A DNA stretch of 18,748 nt. Source: a virus. Its lineage: Duplodnaviria > Heunggongvirae > Uroviricota > Caudoviricetes. The position numbers and the translations under genes are program-made. The stretch lies in IMG/VR virus record IMGVR_UViG_2565956607_000001, positions 1 to 18,748 of that record; one strand, given 5' to 3'. Shown here piece by piece: positions 1-9,081 of the stretch (within the stretch, counting starts at the first letter, position 1; every line of letters begins with the position of its first letter). The notes beneath the pieces were generated by a model that worked only from the letters and a program-made list of their open reading frames with translations, was not told the origin of the DNA and did not search any database.

Positions 1-83
1 TTATCACCACCGACTATTTGCAACAGTGCCTTATCGAGCAGCACAGCGGGAGACGTGCTCCCCAACTCCGGGTTAAAGGCCAT
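1..83 (-). CDS. Partial CDS, 5' end only (ATG at 81-83, open to the window edge; reads MAFNPELGSTSPAVLLDKALLQIVGGD...); unknown product downstream of the large tail protein gene
   Basis: Hand translation of the reverse complement of 1..83; open frame to position 1; not in the ORF track because it is truncated. No clear RBS seen. Confidence 0.3.
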   Translation of the reverse strand, partial: MAFNPELGSTSPAVLLDKALLQIVGGD

Positions 84-160
84 GTTTTTTGCTCCAAAAA
101 AGAGGCTTCGCCCAAACGAGGGTTTGAGCGAAAGAAAAGTTGAAAGGGATTTTTTTGGTA

Positions 161-3100
161 TTAAGCAGCGTCGCCGGGGTATGTGGCGTCGTCGTACTGG
201 TAGAAAATTTCTTTATATTCAGGTGCAGTAATCTGACAGTTGCTGTCACCTGATGGGGCAACCTCCTGGACTATCCCATGCCGCGCACCCTTTTCACTGT
301 CGCAGAACAATAACTTCGGTGGATCAATATCCGGGTCGTCCATAATCCAGTCTTCCGGATGCAGGTCGTCGTTGTACGGCACCGTCAGCGTGAAATCATC
401 CACCCGTTGCGGCGTGAGCATTCGCGATGATGGTCGACCGTCCTGAAACTGTATCCAGCAGCGAGGATTCGCGTAGCTCCAGTCCAGTGGCTCCGTGACG
501 TGCAGCGTAATTTCCTGGAAGTCGTAAATCATCGCGTCAATCAGGCAACTTTGGGTTTTCCCGGTTGGAGTATCGTCGGACAAAATGATGTGATCACCGA
601 AGTCATGACACCATCCCAGCATTGAAGTCGTAGCCGTATAGGTTCGACGTTGGTGGAGATATTTCATTAACCGACGCATCCCGATACGCCAGGCGCGATC
701 TGCAGTCATGGCAACATCAATGGTGTAGGCCTCCGTTTTGCGCGGAAAAGGATTTTCCGGCGTCCGACACTGTACGGTTTCCTCCGCCCAGGTCACAGGG
801 TTGATATATTTCACATCCACGCCATCAAAATCATCCTCCGACGGGACCCTGAATGACGTCTGCATTTCCTCCACGGTATCCTGAGGAGTAATGATCCCTG
901 TCCAGCTTTTGACGCCCTCTCTCCCGACAGAAAGCAACCCGTCAGACAGCAGAAAATACCCCATGCCAGCCTCGGCTATTTTGTCGAAAATATCCTTTGC
1001 TGACGTGCTGTCACTGCTTGCCTGGTGATCAAAATATTCTCCCCTTGGCGTCCAGTAGGTAGCCTCCAGCGTACTGAGCGCCGCAATGTCGATCTGGTCG
1101 TCGCGATATCCAAGACTGCGGGCAAGATGCAGGAACGCACCGCTGATTGTCCTGTCACCACCGCCATCATAATTTCGTGTGGCGACAACACTCACACGCT
1201 TGTCTGACTGGGCCGCCAGCTGGCCGCCGGTTTCAACCGTGATCCCTATTGTTGATATCCCTGCGTAGGAGGTCGGACGGGAAAGCAAACGACCTCTGAG
1301 CGCCTGCCAGAACATGTTGTCTCTCGCGTTGTTGCTCCCCTGCTCGTTACGGCGGCGGCATCGAACCTCCACCAGCCCAGGAGAGGACAGATCAAAACGC
1401 TCTGTAAAACCGAGGCCATTAATGTTTTTAAGCGCGTAAACCCCTGGCTTACTCGTCCACCCTGATCCGGAACCATAAACGCGATACTGGATTTCATACT
1501 CGACATGGCGGACCCGCTTATTCCCGTTGTTCTGGAACCCGCAAATTCCGTTTGGGAAAGCAAAGTTGACCTCGAAGGCATCCACAACTTCATTTTGCGG
1601 GCAGGCCAGAAAGGGGCCGAGCCAGGTTTCATTATCGTTAATACCAGACGCGGCAAAATCCACGACGGTACGGGTCATAAAGCCTGACCAGGTGCTGTCA
1701 ACGACACCGTTAACCACACGCTGTACGGTCGCAGAGGGACCATCAGTAGACGCTATATGGTATTCGTTGCCACGGTGCGCCAGGGAAATCCGCTGAGTGC
1801 CTTCCGGCAATCCGGAAAAGGCAGTGCCAGAATCGTATGCCAGCGTCACGCTGGCTGTTACCGCAGGGCTTCCGCCGCTGGATGCTGTACCAGCTGTAAA
1901 TACCGGGCTGTCGCCAAATACTGACGCAGGCAGGAATGATGACGTAATGGAACCGCCACGCCAGGGGCTGGAGATCTCCACGATACGTATCACGCCGCCA
2001 TCATCCTGAGCAATGAGCCCAGAACCATTCAACCCGCCGTTAATCGCTGCGAGCAAGCCAGACATTGTGCCGTAGTTGGCGACCAGAGATATGGTATAGG
2101 TGATACCCTGCCAGGTCAGAGCAAAGGTCTGGCTGGTTGTCGTAAAGTCATACGTTGACGGCGAGGCACTGGCGCGTAATACCGCAGTCGCTCCCCCTGT
2201 TCCCGGAACGGCGTCCTGGTGAGGGGTATACGTGGCGATCTGCAGGTCATAGTCAGTACCGTTAAACGTTAGGGTGACAGGCATTCCGCTGAATGGCGCA
2301 ATCTCTGACACGACGTCGCCTGTCAGCACGTTAAAACCGCCCTCGATGGATACCTGATAATTCACTGGCGCTTTCAGGGTGACAATTGCACCGGCGATCC
2401 AGCCAGGAGGAAGTTTGTTCTCATCCTCGTCTTCATCATTATCATCATCGACATCGAGGCCAGAAAACGAGACAGAGGCACCGCTGACGGTCATGGCATC
2501 AGCAACGATATCACTGGCTTCAGGGGCAGTCTGAGCCATATCGAGGCCGCTGCCGCTCGACGTTCCCCCAACTTCCGTTGAGTTGAACCATATCTCACTG
2601 CGACGATCCCCGGCCACATTATCGCCGGGCCCATAGCTGGTATATGAAAAGCCCTCGCCTAAGGTCAGCGCCGGAGTTTCTCCTACCAGAAAATCCCCAC
2701 CGGTATAGGAGAAACGCCCATATCCAAGGCAGACAAACATTTCGACCGTCATTCTGGTTGGATCAGCGGGGTCGAATCGCGTTACCGGCTGTACCAGGTA
2801 ATCCGGGTAGATCCGGTTTCGCCCGAAAGCCTCCCTAACGGGATCGCCAAGCTTCGCTGTGTTGGCTTTTGCCGGATTCAGATCCAGCGATGAAGCGTTA
2901 CTGGATGAAAAGCCGCCCAGCTCTGGTTTAGGGGAAAAGAATAATGCATAGGCCGTAGACGCAATGGATACGGCCACCGAAACCCACGCGGCAATTTCAA
3001 GACCCGTGCCATACGGAATGGGATATATCCGCACGTCACTGTCTGGCCGCAACAAACATAACGGCCATTCCGCCGGGGGGACTGCCTGGCCGTTCAGCTC

Positions 3101-3238
3101 GATCACGACAGGATGAGTTTTATCCTGTGAATAGCTCGGGACATTTCTGCTCATCCACTCATGCAGCGTCAGCACACCATGCTCGTGCGTTTCAAGGGGT
3201 TCACCCGGTAGCCGGGACGGGTAAAACTTTATCGTCAT
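161..3238 (-). CDS. Large distal tail / host-specificity-type protein (1025 aa), last big gene of the tail module
   Basis: Long ORF directly after the three small post-tape-measure genes; Gly/Ser/Thr-rich, acidic low-complexity stretch (DVDDDNDEDEDE); position matches gpJ-like or GTA orfg15-like tail proteins. Product by context only. Confidence 0.6.
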   Translation of the reverse strand: MTIKFYPSRLPGEPLETHEHGVLTLHEWMSRNVPSYSQDKTHPVVIELNGQAVPPAEWPLCLLRPDSDVRIYPIPYGTGLEIAAWVSVAVSIASTAYALFFSPKPELGGFSSSNASSLDLNPAKANTAKLGDPVREAFGRNRIYPDYLVQPVTRFDPADPTRMTVEMFVCLGYGRFSYTGGDFLVGETPALTLGEGFSYTSYGPGDNVAGDRRSEIWFNSTEVGGTSSGSGLDMAQTAPEASDIVADAMTVSGASVSFSGLDVDDDNDEDEDENKLPPGWIAGAIVTLKAPVNYQVSIEGGFNVLTGDVVSEIAPFSGMPVTLTFNGTDYDLQIATYTPHQDAVPGTGGATAVLRASASPSTYDFTTTSQTFALTWQGITYTISLVANYGTMSGLLAAINGGLNGSGLIAQDDGGVIRIVEISSPWRGGSITSSFLPASVFGDSPVFTAGTASSGGSPAVTASVTLAYDSGTAFSGLPEGTQRISLAHRGNEYHIASTDGPSATVQRVVNGVVDSTWSGFMTRTVVDFAASGINDNETWLGPFLACPQNEVVDAFEVNFAFPNGICGFQNNGNKRVRHVEYEIQYRVYGSGSGWTSKPGVYALKNINGLGFTERFDLSSPGLVEVRCRRRNEQGSNNARDNMFWQALRGRLLSRPTSYAGISTIGITVETGGQLAAQSDKRVSVVATRNYDGGGDRTISGAFLHLARSLGYRDDQIDIAALSTLEATYWTPRGEYFDHQASSDSTSAKDIFDKIAEAGMGYFLLSDGLLSVGREGVKSWTGIITPQDTVEEMQTSFRVPSEDDFDGVDVKYINPVTWAEETVQCRTPENPFPRKTEAYTIDVAMTADRAWRIGMRRLMKYLHQRRTYTATTSMLGWCHDFGDHIILSDDTPTGKTQSCLIDAMIYDFQEITLHVTEPLDWSYANPRCWIQFQDGRPSSRMLTPQRVDDFTLTVPYNDDLHPEDWIMDDPDIDPPKLLFCDSEKGARHGIVQEVAPSGDSNCQITAPEYKEIFYQYDDATYPGDAA

Positions 3239-3615
3239 TGCCAGAACTCCACGCGGTTAAAGCGGCGGATAAATCGCGACAGAGGCAGAAACGTAACCCC
3301 CGAGCCTGGATTACATTCCGCGACCTGCAGCTGGTTATCGAGCATCACAACAATCCCAACATGGGAAACCGTTGAACCCGAATAGCAAGCAACTCCGGCG
3401 CCTTCGCCCGGGGCACAACGTTTCAGCGAAAGCATCAGCTTTCTCGCTTCCCGGTCGAGGCCCCCGCCGTCTTTGGTCACACCTGCAAAATCCGGCCATT
3501 CAGGTAGCCCCAGGTCGCTGCGTATTTCATTCACAATGCCGAAGCAGTCGAGTAGCGGGTAGGCTCTACCGCCCTTCTGCCATTTAACAGAACGGTATTT
3601 ATCAGGATTAAACAT
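3235..3615 (-). CDS. Small tail protein, possibly NlpC/P60-like peptidase (126 aa)
   Basis: 4-bp overlap with the next gene; conserved-looking Cys (LLDCFG) and His (SHVGIV) as expected for a papain-like NlpC/P60 fold; sits where GTA-like tail modules carry one. Confidence 0.45.
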   Translation of the reverse strand: MFNPDKYRSVKWQKGGRAYPLLDCFGIVNEIRSDLGLPEWPDFAGVTKDGGGLDREARKLMLSLKRCAPGEGAGVACYSGSTVSHVGIVVMLDNQLQVAECNPGSGVTFLPLSRFIRRFNRVEFWQ

Positions 3616-3627
3616 ATTTGCCTCAGG

Positions 3628-4104
3628 TTAGTAACGTAAGCCCGGATGTTCGGCGAGGTTGTAACGTTTACGGGGCCAGGCTGTTTTGAGGACATTCATA
3701 TAGCCTGCCGTGACCTGAACTGCTGTCGGGGTCCAGGAGCCGGATTTGATATCGAGCGTATACGGTGATGATGCCGGAGCAGACAGATCGGATGAAATGT
3801 ACCGCCGGAATGTCAGCGTGGCTGATTTCATTTCATCCAGAATTTTATCGATCGCCTCTGAAACCCGTCCGTCAATATTGCTGATAGCAAACTTTAAATC
3901 CTGTGTCCCATCGGCGTTCCTGGCTGGTAAGGCGATATCTATCGCGCTGGCATCAAACGTCACCGGCTGACCATTTTCCAGCGTCACTGAAACGTCATCC
4001 CAGCCACTGGTTAGCCAGTAGTTATCATCGCCTGCTGATATCTGCAGCGTATCGTGAATAACCTCCGATCCGCTGCTGGCATATAGTCGCTCAAGAATTG
4101 TCAT
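3628..4104 (-). CDS. Minor/distal tail protein (158 aa)
   Basis: Overlaps the upstream gene by 14 bp (translational coupling); second gene after the tape measure protein. Confidence 0.5.
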   Translation of the reverse strand: MTILERLYASSGSEVIHDTLQISAGDDNYWLTSGWDDVSVTLENGQPVTFDASAIDIALPARNADGTQDLKFAISNIDGRVSEAIDKILDEMKSATLTFRRYISSDLSAPASSPYTLDIKSGSWTPTAVQVTAGYMNVLKTAWPRKRYNLAEHPGLRY

Positions 4105-4564
4105 GCTTCGGCCACTCTCTGTTTAGCGCAATATCCAGTAACGACTGGCCAGCCAGCCATTCCGGGTAATTCCCCCAGCCAGAAGGCGGTAAAGGGCGTT
4201 CCCATAATTCCAGCGTTGCGCTGTACTGCCAGTATTTTGGCGCGACCAGCGTCGGCCCTTCGTAAATATCCACGAACCTGGCTTTATAGGGCTTTACCCC
4301 GACTGGAGTCTGGAGTTTCAGATAGAACCAGGACTGGCCATCTTTAAGCGCATCCCTGAAAAACGCCTCAAACACCTGCGCCAGAGCATCAGTTTTAAAA
4401 ATCCATTTAACTGATGCCTGGGTGGGTGTTGAGGTATATCGCCTTCGTTGTTGAGCGCGACCGGACGTCATCTCCGTTCGCAGTAAAGGTGATATGGGCT
4501 TAAACCCGTACCCGTCCATAAGCGGCATGGGCAGGTATTCATCCGGGTAGAAAATATCTGCCAT
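4091..4564 (-). CDS. Minor/distal tail protein (157 aa), first gene after the tape measure protein
   Basis: ORF with start 21 bp downstream of the tape measure stop; product by position only. Confidence 0.5.
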   Translation of the reverse strand: MADIFYPDEYLPMPLMDGYGFKPISPLLRTEMTSGRAQQRRRYTSTPTQASVKWIFKTDALAQVFEAFFRDALKDGQSWFYLKLQTPVGVKPYKARFVDIYEGPTLVAPKYWQYSATLELWERPLPPSGWGNYPEWLAGQSLLDIALNREWPKHDNS

Positions 4565-4585
4565 GAATATTCCCTCCGGGCAGGT

Positions 4586-7500
4586 CTATCTTGGTTTTTT
4601 AGATTGGAGATTTGAATAAATAGCCCGACCGAATTTCTTCTGGGGGTTATTTACTTCGGCGGTTAAGGTGTTAACTATCCGCTGTTCCAGAGCGTCATTC
4701 CTTCGCTCAATTGCCTGCATCGTTATGTCATCCGGTTTACCGGTGAACGTACTTCTGGCATCTACGCTGACAGCAATTCGTGGCTGTGCCTGGATCTGGT
4801 TAGCAGCGTTCTGTACCGCCGGCGATTCCCGCCCAACAGCTTTGACCCCCAGCGAACCATCAGCGCCACGGGTAAGCGGCATGATGGCTTCCGGCCCGGC
4901 CTCGCCGAATACACCCGCCCCTTTCGCAAACGCAAAATATTGGGGAGTGCTGTAAACACCATTGCTGTAGGCAGAAAGTGACGGAGAATCGTAAACGCCT
5001 CCGAGAGCGTTGAATGAAAAATTAGCTCCCGCGCTTTGAATAGCGGTACCACTACTTACCGCACCGCTGGCACCGCCAAAAAGACTACCGAACAACCCAC
5101 CCGCTCCGCCGCCAAATGACGCCATAATCGCTTTGGTGATCAACGCCTGTGTTGCCATCTGGATCAGCGTCTTAATCACCGTTTCACCCAGAGAGCTGAA
5201 GATATTCGACATACCATCTTTAAACGAAGTGGCGCCCGTCAGGACGCTAGTCAGGTTGTTCGAGATCGAGTTAGTGGTGGCATCCAGAATTTCGCTGGTT
5301 GCAGTAGCAGCCATTGAACTCAGATCAGAAGCCTGATCGGCATAGTTCATCAGGGAATCGCTGATCCCTGCCCGCCAGTCTGACTGCTGTTCATCGGTTT
5401 TTTTGTAATACTCCTCCTGAATATCCAGGCGTTCGGCAAGCGCTGCTTTAAGCGCTTCCGTTTGCTTTTTATACAGGTCTTCGGAAATCTGCCCACGACT
5501 GAAATCACGTTGTAAATCCCGCTGCTGCCTGAGAAAATCAGCGCGAATATCCGCCATTTCCTTCATTCGGTCACGGGCTTTATCCCCCTGTCCCGCGCCG
5601 AGGAAATCGATATTCCCCCTTTCCCGGGCGGCAGTATTACTGTCGGCCAGACCTTCGCGGAATGTTTTTAACTGTTCAGCGATATTTTTCTGATCAATAA
5701 GCGCCGCATTGTGCAGCAACGTTTCCTTTTTGGATTTTTCAAGCGAAGATAATTCCCCCTGAGTAACCTGATATTTCATCTTTGCCAGCTCAGTGTTTTG
5801 GCTGGAAAGAGCAATTTGCTCCCGTTGCTGTTTAATCAGCCGGGTATAGGTATCTTCGGTTTTCTCCGCCTCGGTTTTCCCATGCCTTCCTTTTGGCTTG
5901 GGTTTATTTTCCTGGTTGTTTCTCCATTCATTCAGGCCGTTATTAATCAACTCCTGCCGTCCGGTCTGAAACTGTGGGTCGTTAGTTAACCCCAGGTCAT
6001 CCGCAGCATAACCCAGTCGTGCGCGCTCCTTGTCCTCACCTTTGAGTTTTGAAAGCGCCAGATCACGACGGCTTTTTTCAAGTGCAGCCGTTTGCTGGGT
6101 TGTCAGGTCTACCTGTGGTAAGCGTACTGGTGCGTTTACCAGCCCCTGTCGGGCCATGAGAAGATTATTTCCGAGACCCAGCAAACGGTTAAATTCAGTA
6201 TGCTCACCGTTCATCATTAATAACGATTGATATGCTGAATTCTGTTCTGCAGCCTGCTGCCGGATTAATGCTATTCGCCTGTTCTCTATCCCTTCCAGTA
6301 CCGACTGGATCGACTCAGACTTAGCCTGCATCTGAGCTAACCTCTCCTGTTCAACGGCCAGAGCGGAAGTCGCTTCTTCCAGACCACGGGTGACCGTTTC
6401 GACCGAAGTCAGGTGGTTTATCATGAAACCGCCACTGGTTGTTGGTCCGGGGTTAGACAGGACATACTGATAGCCAGCGATCTCTTCCTTCAGGCTTTTT
6501 ACTTTAGATGCCTGGGCATCAACAAGACGGTTTTGCTCCTCCAGCGCCTGACGGGTTTTGGTCTCATTATCAGAAACTTCGGGCAGGGACATTGATTTTG
6601 TCTTTTCACGGACAGCATCAATGGTGTTTGCATATTCCTGAGCGGATAATCTGGCCTGCTCCTGATTCTGGTACATCGTGTACCAGGCACCGGCACCAAG
6701 CAAAACCAGCCCAGGAATACCGCCAACGAGGCCTAATGCTCCCCCCATGAGCCGGGAACCTACAGCAGTAACCGAGTTCAGTGCAGTCTGAGCGGATACT
6801 CTGGCCTGAATATTACGGTTAAGTGACTCCTGCGCCAGTGAGAGCCGTTTTTCTGCGGCGGCCTGCGCGTCTGTACCCCGCGCCGCTGCCAGTGCCTGCT
6901 GGGCACGATAAACTGCAGCACGCGCACGAGCTGTCGAAACCTGCGTCCCTCTGACCTGGGCTTCAGCTAAAGCTACTTCGCTTTTTGCGGCGTTAATAAT
7001 CCCAGCCGTTGCAGAGCTGGCACCAAGAGCCATATTTCCCAAATATCGGGCAGCACCAACGGCAACAAGCGCTCCGGCAGCAGTGGCGACCTGATCAATA
7101 TTGTTGGCTACGCCATCAAGTAATCCGGTCAGGGTATTTGTCGCGCCACTCGCTTCATTAGCTCCACCGACCCATTGCATAAAAGCGTTTTCAACTTTTG
7201 TTGCCGACGATGAAACGGTCTGCGGCAACTCACCATATTCATTCCGGAGCTTACCAAGCTGGCTGATGAGGGCCGGAACTACTTTATCAATGGTTAACTG
7301 CCCCTGATCCGCCATAGATTTAAGGTCTTTACGCGCAACCCCCATCCCTGCCGCAAGCGCCCGTATAACCCTGTCGCCGCTCTCGTTGACGGCATTGAAT
7401 TCTTCGCCTCTCAGCACGCCCTGCGCCAGAGCCTGGCTAAACTGAGTGATGACCGAACTGGACTCCTGAGCATTCGCGCCAGAAAGTTTTAAACCAGTAG

Positions 7501-7972
7501 AAATAGCCTCAGTAATATCCAGCACCTGGCTGGAGCTGTAACCATATTCCCGCATTGAGGCTGCTGAACGGGAAAATAAATTAGCGTTGTCAGAAAAAGA
7601 TGTGCCCGTTTTCTGGCTGATATCCATCAGCTGTTTTTGAGAGCTGGTAAAATCATCAGTTGATTGAGATGCCTGTTTTAGCCGGGCGTTTACTGAATTC
7701 CATTCATCAGCCAGGGATATTAAATGTCCCGTAGCAAAAGCACCAGCAAATGCCCCGGTTAATCCCAGTGCGGTAGCCTTTGCTGACTCCATCTGGTCAG
7801 TAAGCTCAGCAACAGAACGGCGAGTTTCCCGAACTGAAGCCGCAGCCTGCCTGCCGCCATTCTGCATTGTTTTATAATAATCAGCCCCCATACGTGACGC
7901 GCGGGCTATCTCGGTCTGAAATGACTGAGAGTTAGCAGAAACTTTAATGATAAGTTCACGCAGGGTTGCCAT
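4586..7972 (-). CDS. Tail tape measure protein (1128 aa)
   Basis: Very long Ala/Gln/Leu-rich, coiled-coil-like sequence with a Gly-rich C-terminal segment (GGGAGGLFGSLFGGASG); lies between the chaperone pair and the distal tail genes; GAGGA Shine-Dalgarno about 6 nt upstream of the ATG. Confidence 0.85.
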   Translation of the reverse strand: MATLRELIIKVSANSQSFQTEIARASRMGADYYKTMQNGGRQAAASVRETRRSVAELTDQMESAKATALGLTGAFAGAFATGHLISLADEWNSVNARLKQASQSTDDFTSSQKQLMDISQKTGTSFSDNANLFSRSAASMREYGYSSSQVLDITEAISTGLKLSGANAQESSSVITQFSQALAQGVLRGEEFNAVNESGDRVIRALAAGMGVARKDLKSMADQGQLTIDKVVPALISQLGKLRNEYGELPQTVSSSATKVENAFMQWVGGANEASGATNTLTGLLDGVANNIDQVATAAGALVAVGAARYLGNMALGASSATAGIINAAKSEVALAEAQVRGTQVSTARARAAVYRAQQALAAARGTDAQAAAEKRLSLAQESLNRNIQARVSAQTALNSVTAVGSRLMGGALGLVGGIPGLVLLGAGAWYTMYQNQEQARLSAQEYANTIDAVREKTKSMSLPEVSDNETKTRQALEEQNRLVDAQASKVKSLKEEIAGYQYVLSNPGPTTSGGFMINHLTSVETVTRGLEEATSALAVEQERLAQMQAKSESIQSVLEGIENRRIALIRQQAAEQNSAYQSLLMMNGEHTEFNRLLGLGNNLLMARQGLVNAPVRLPQVDLTTQQTAALEKSRRDLALSKLKGEDKERARLGYAADDLGLTNDPQFQTGRQELINNGLNEWRNNQENKPKPKGRHGKTEAEKTEDTYTRLIKQQREQIALSSQNTELAKMKYQVTQGELSSLEKSKKETLLHNAALIDQKNIAEQLKTFREGLADSNTAARERGNIDFLGAGQGDKARDRMKEMADIRADFLRQQRDLQRDFSRGQISEDLYKKQTEALKAALAERLDIQEEYYKKTDEQQSDWRAGISDSLMNYADQASDLSSMAATATSEILDATTNSISNNLTSVLTGATSFKDGMSNIFSSLGETVIKTLIQMATQALITKAIMASFGGGAGGLFGSLFGGASGAVSSGTAIQSAGANFSFNALGGVYDSPSLSAYSNGVYSTPQYFAFAKGAGVFGEAGPEAIMPLTRGADGSLGVKAVGRESPAVQNAANQIQAQPRIAVSVDARSTFTGKPDDITMQAIERRNDALEQRIVNTLTAEVNNPQKKFGRAIYSNLQSKKPR

Positions 7973-7990
7973 TTCATTTCCTCAGAAACA

Positions 7991-8017
7991 AAAAACCCCA
8001 CATTGTGGGGCTTTTTT
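7991..8017. terminator. Bidirectional rho-independent terminator (stem CCCCAC/GTGGGG flanked by A5 and T6)
   Basis: Read directly: aaaaaCCCCACattGTGGGGcttttt; the hairpin is followed by a U-run on either strand. On the minus strand it closes the 8033..8266 gene just upstream of the tape measure RBS. Confidence 0.6.
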
Positions 8018-8032
8018 ATGATTTCAATATTA

Positions 8033-8266
8033 TTAAATTAAACCAGCTTTTTTCCTTGCTTCTTCCAGATAATCTTTTTCTGGTTCCTCTTTTTTATGAG
8101 CAAGTGCAATCAGAAGATCAATTTGAGCACTTTGCTTTTCAGAGATTTCTTTAAGCATAGCGATCTGATCATTAGCTCTTACGCTTCCTCTGTTCAGGAA
8201 ATACCAGATAACAAGATCAATAAGGCGAGCAAAAACAAATAATAATATCCAGCCAGTAGTAGTCAT
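8033..8266 (-). CDS. Moron-like small protein (77 aa) with an N-terminal hydrophobic helix and a charged, helical C-terminal half; function unknown
   Basis: ATG preceded by GGAGTG about 6 nt upstream; clearly AT-richer than its flanks; N-terminus GWILLFVFARLIDLVIWYFL looks transmembrane; followed by the terminator at 7991..8017; sits between tail chaperone and tape measure genes, which are normally adjacent. Confidence 0.6.
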   Translation of the reverse strand: MTTTGWILLFVFARLIDLVIWYFLNRGSVRANDQIAMLKEISEKQSAQIDLLIALAHKKEEPEKDYLEEARKKAGLI

Positions 8267-8296
8267 TTAAAGCACTCCGTGTGTCAAAAAAACAAC

Positions 8297-8312
8297 ATAA
8301 CACCTGTTATGA
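8297..8312. promoter_or_regulatory. Perfect 7-bp-arm palindrome CATAACA-cc-TGTTATG upstream of the moron; candidate operator
   Basis: Read directly in the 72-bp gap between the T-like ORF stop (8339) and the moron start (8266). A TTGACA hexamer lies just downstream on the minus strand but has no well-spaced -10, so promoter status is unproven. Confidence 0.3.
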
Positions 8313-8338
8313 GTGGCATCCACACGAATTATTACTGG

Positions 8339-8644
8339 CTATGCTGACGCAGCCAGCAGCGCCGCTTCCAGCCCTGCAAAGGGATCGCCACCGTCGTTTA
8401 CCTCAACCTCTTCTGCGCTCCACTGAAGCTGAGCATCTTCAATGGTGACTTTACCGCCCTGCGCTCCGTAAACCGCAGATACCAGCTGAGCATTGAGAAT
8501 ATCGCCGCGAATATCGCCGATTGGGCTGATACGGTCGTATTCAGCCCACATCCTGAATTCGCCGACCGTCAGGGTTTGTCGCAGTTCGCCCAGCGTGCGG
8601 CCCATCCGGAGCGCCAGCGCCATCAGGAACTGCATGCCAGGCAT
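8339..8644 (-). CDS. Tail assembly chaperone, T-like downstream part (101 aa as a free-standing ORF; possibly made as a G-T fusion)
   Basis: Starts 2 nt after the upstream gene's stop, in the -1 frame relative to it (TAAAAATG); no Shine-Dalgarno of its own; sits between major tail and tape measure genes like lambda G/GT. Confidence 0.55.
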   Translation of the reverse strand: MPGMQFLMALALRMGRTLGELRQTLTVGEFRMWAEYDRISPIGDIRGDILNAQLVSAVYGAQGGKVTIEDAQLQWSAEEVEVNDGGDPFAGLEAALLAASA

Positions 8645-8656
8645 TTTTACTTTGCT
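8645..8656 (-). other. Candidate programmed -1 frameshift window at the end of the G-like gene (minus strand AGC AAA GTA AAA then ATG)
   Basis: The -1 frame is open for only 3 codons before the G stop (in-frame TAA at 8657-8659), so any shift must occur on GCA-AAG at 8650-8655. That is not a canonical X_XXY_YYZ heptamer; independent initiation at ATG 8644 is the alternative. Confidence 0.3.
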
Positions 8657-9051
8657 TTAGCATCATCCGCGTCACGAATGAGATCAAGTGCCTGCTTCAA
8701 CAGCCGGGAATGCACTGGGCCATAGATCGCTTCAACCTGTTCGGTGTCATCGACAGTAAAGACGGGCTGCAGGTCGGTATCCAGCAAAATATCGATGAAA
8801 AGCGTGACGTCGGCCCGCATCGTGCGGAAGGCTCGTTCTGAAGGGGTCAGTTCTGGTGCCTCATGGGGCTCCTGCCCTTCCGGTAGTTTGGGTGGTTCCG
8901 GGCTGGCAATGCCCTGCCAGCGAATCCAGGCTTCTGCTGATGGCTCACGAATGATGACTTTGGCGTTATCCCACTCCGGAACGGAGACTTCTTTTTTACG
9001 AAAGCCCGCCATCGGTGCCAGTGCCAGTGCTTTAAGACTCGGTTTTGACAT
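8647..9051 (-). CDS. Tail assembly chaperone, G-like (134 aa)
   Basis: Small acidic protein directly after the major tail protein gene, followed by a -1-frame overlapping ORF; classic siphovirus arrangement. Confidence 0.6.
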   Translation of the reverse strand: MSKPSLKALALAPMAGFRKKEVSVPEWDNAKVIIREPSAEAWIRWQGIASPEPPKLPEGQEPHEAPELTPSERAFRTMRADVTLFIDILLDTDLQPVFTVDDTEQVEAIYGPVHSRLLKQALDLIRDADDAKAK

Positions 9052-9081
9052 TAATTTTATCGCCGGTCTCCCGGCGCTCCG

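Noticed and set aside
73-261. Minus-strand ORF (62 aa) overlapping the 3' end of the 1025-aa tail gene
   Set aside because: Alternative frame overlapping the end of a strong gene; Thr/Lys-rich low-complexity translation; the real downstream gene appears to start at 81-83 in a different frame.
7966-8154. Plus-strand ORF (62 aa) spanning the tape measure start, terminator and moron
   Set aside because: Runs antisense through a terminator hairpin and the moron; AT-rich chance ORF.
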